A stretch of DNA of 35,865 bases from Vulcanimicrobiota bacterium (GTDB lineage Bacteria; Vulcanimicrobiota; Vulcanimicrobiia; Vulcanimicrobiales; Vulcanimicrobiaceae). The translations under genes were made by a program, and so were the position numbers. Below, in pieces: positions 35,341 through 35,865 of this stretch. The stretch's first letter is position 1. Each line of letters begins with the position of its first letter. Location: assembly GCA_019245275.1 (NCBI GenBank), contig JAFARW010000147.1, positions 1 to 35,865 on the forward strand, in the 5' to 3' direction. The notes under the pieces are model-generated. The model was not told where the DNA came from and ran no database searches. It was given only the letters and a program-made list of their open reading frames with translations.

Positions 35341-35865
35341 ATGCCGCGCATATCTGCGGAACGGCGTCTCTTGCGCGGTCCGGCTGTGGCCGCAGTTCTG
35401 CTGGCGGCGGTCGTTGCGATTGGCACGATCGGTTACGTCGCGCTGGAGGGATGGGGATGGTTCGATTCTTTCTACATGACGATGATGACCGTCACGACGA
35501 CGGGCGGCGGCGAACCGCACCCGATGAGCGCCGCCGGAAAATGGTGGACGATCATCGTCGTCACGGTCGGCTTTGCAGCCCTGACGTTCACGTTACTGAC
35601 GTTGATCAGCTATGTGATCGAAGGCCGCTTGGGCGTCGCGGTCGGCGAACGACGCATGCGGCGGCGGCTGGCTGAGATGGACAGCCACTTCATTTTGTGC
35701 GGTTATGGCCGCGTTGGCCGCGAGGTCGCGCGGAATTTTCTGCAAGAGAACATTCAATTTGTCATTATCGATATCAATCCCGATTCGCTGATCCGCGCTG
35801 CGGACGAAGGGCTGACGGTCGTACGCGGCGACGCGGCGCATGTTGATACGCTCAAAGCGGCAGGC
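35341..35865 (+). CDS. Two-TM K+-channel-like protein with RCK/TrkA-N domain, 5' part running off the right edge
   Basis: The frame is open from ATG 35341 to the window end: TM1 AVAAVLLAAVVAIGTIGYVAL, pore helix WFDSFYMTMMTVTTTGGGE, TM2 WWTIIVVTVGFAALTFTLLTLI, then the Rossmann fold HFILCGYGRVGREVARNF. Not in the ORF track because it has no stop. Confidence 0.75.
   Translation, partial: MPRISAERRLLRGPAVAAVLLAAVVAIGTIGYVALEGWGWFDSFYMTMMTVTTTGGGEPHPMSAAGKWWTIIVVTVGFAALTFTLLTLISYVIEGRLGVAVGERRMRRRLAEMDSHFILCGYGRVGREVARNFLQENIQFVIIDINPDSLIRAADEGLTVVRGDAAHVDTLKAAG

Overview
GC-rich bacterial chromosomal segment, tightly packed with many 1-4 nt start/stop overlaps. It is mostly housekeeping and envelope genes, not an obvious mobile island. 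All family calls come from motifs read by eye; no database search was possible. Hand-refined start sites may be off by a few nt.

Gene content, left to right:
- 1-12.7 kb: a CPBP protease fragment and a plus-strand GT4 glycosyltransferase. These are followed by an ~11.6 kb minus-strand block: moeA, BON lipoprotein, HisC-like aminotransferase, metallophosphoesterase, PaaI thioesterase, smpB, tilS, hpt, ftsH, two M16-like proteins and a second GT4 glycosyltransferase.
- 12.7-15.4 kb: serS, an MgtC-family gene and a thioredoxin-fold gene.
- 15.5-25.5 kb: a K+ module. It contains a porin-like gene, a micro-ORF and kdpFABC. A convergent protein made of two tandem KdpD N-terminal sensor modules with no kinase follows, then a divergent membrane GAF histidine kinase and a NarL-type regulator.
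- 25.5-35.9 kb: Xi-class GST, a large six-hairpin glycosidase-like protein, an SDR/acyltransferase/SDR cluster, a Zn-ADH, small secreted proteins and a partial RCK K+ channel.

No rRNA, tRNA, CRISPR array or transposase was seen.

Most interesting calls:
1. The thioredoxin-fold gene at 14756-15424 is split in the ORF track by a single in-frame TGA. That TGA sits at the first position of a U-G-G-C redox motif and is followed at once by a SECIS-like stem-loop, so this is a likely unannotated selenoprotein.
2. hpt has no canonical start codon. It lies exactly -1 to tilS across an A6 run, so this is a frameshifted or fused TilS/HprT, or a homopolymer indel.
3. The Kdp sensory apparatus is unusual: duplicated KdpD-N, a separate kinase, and a NarL-type rather than OmpR-type regulator.
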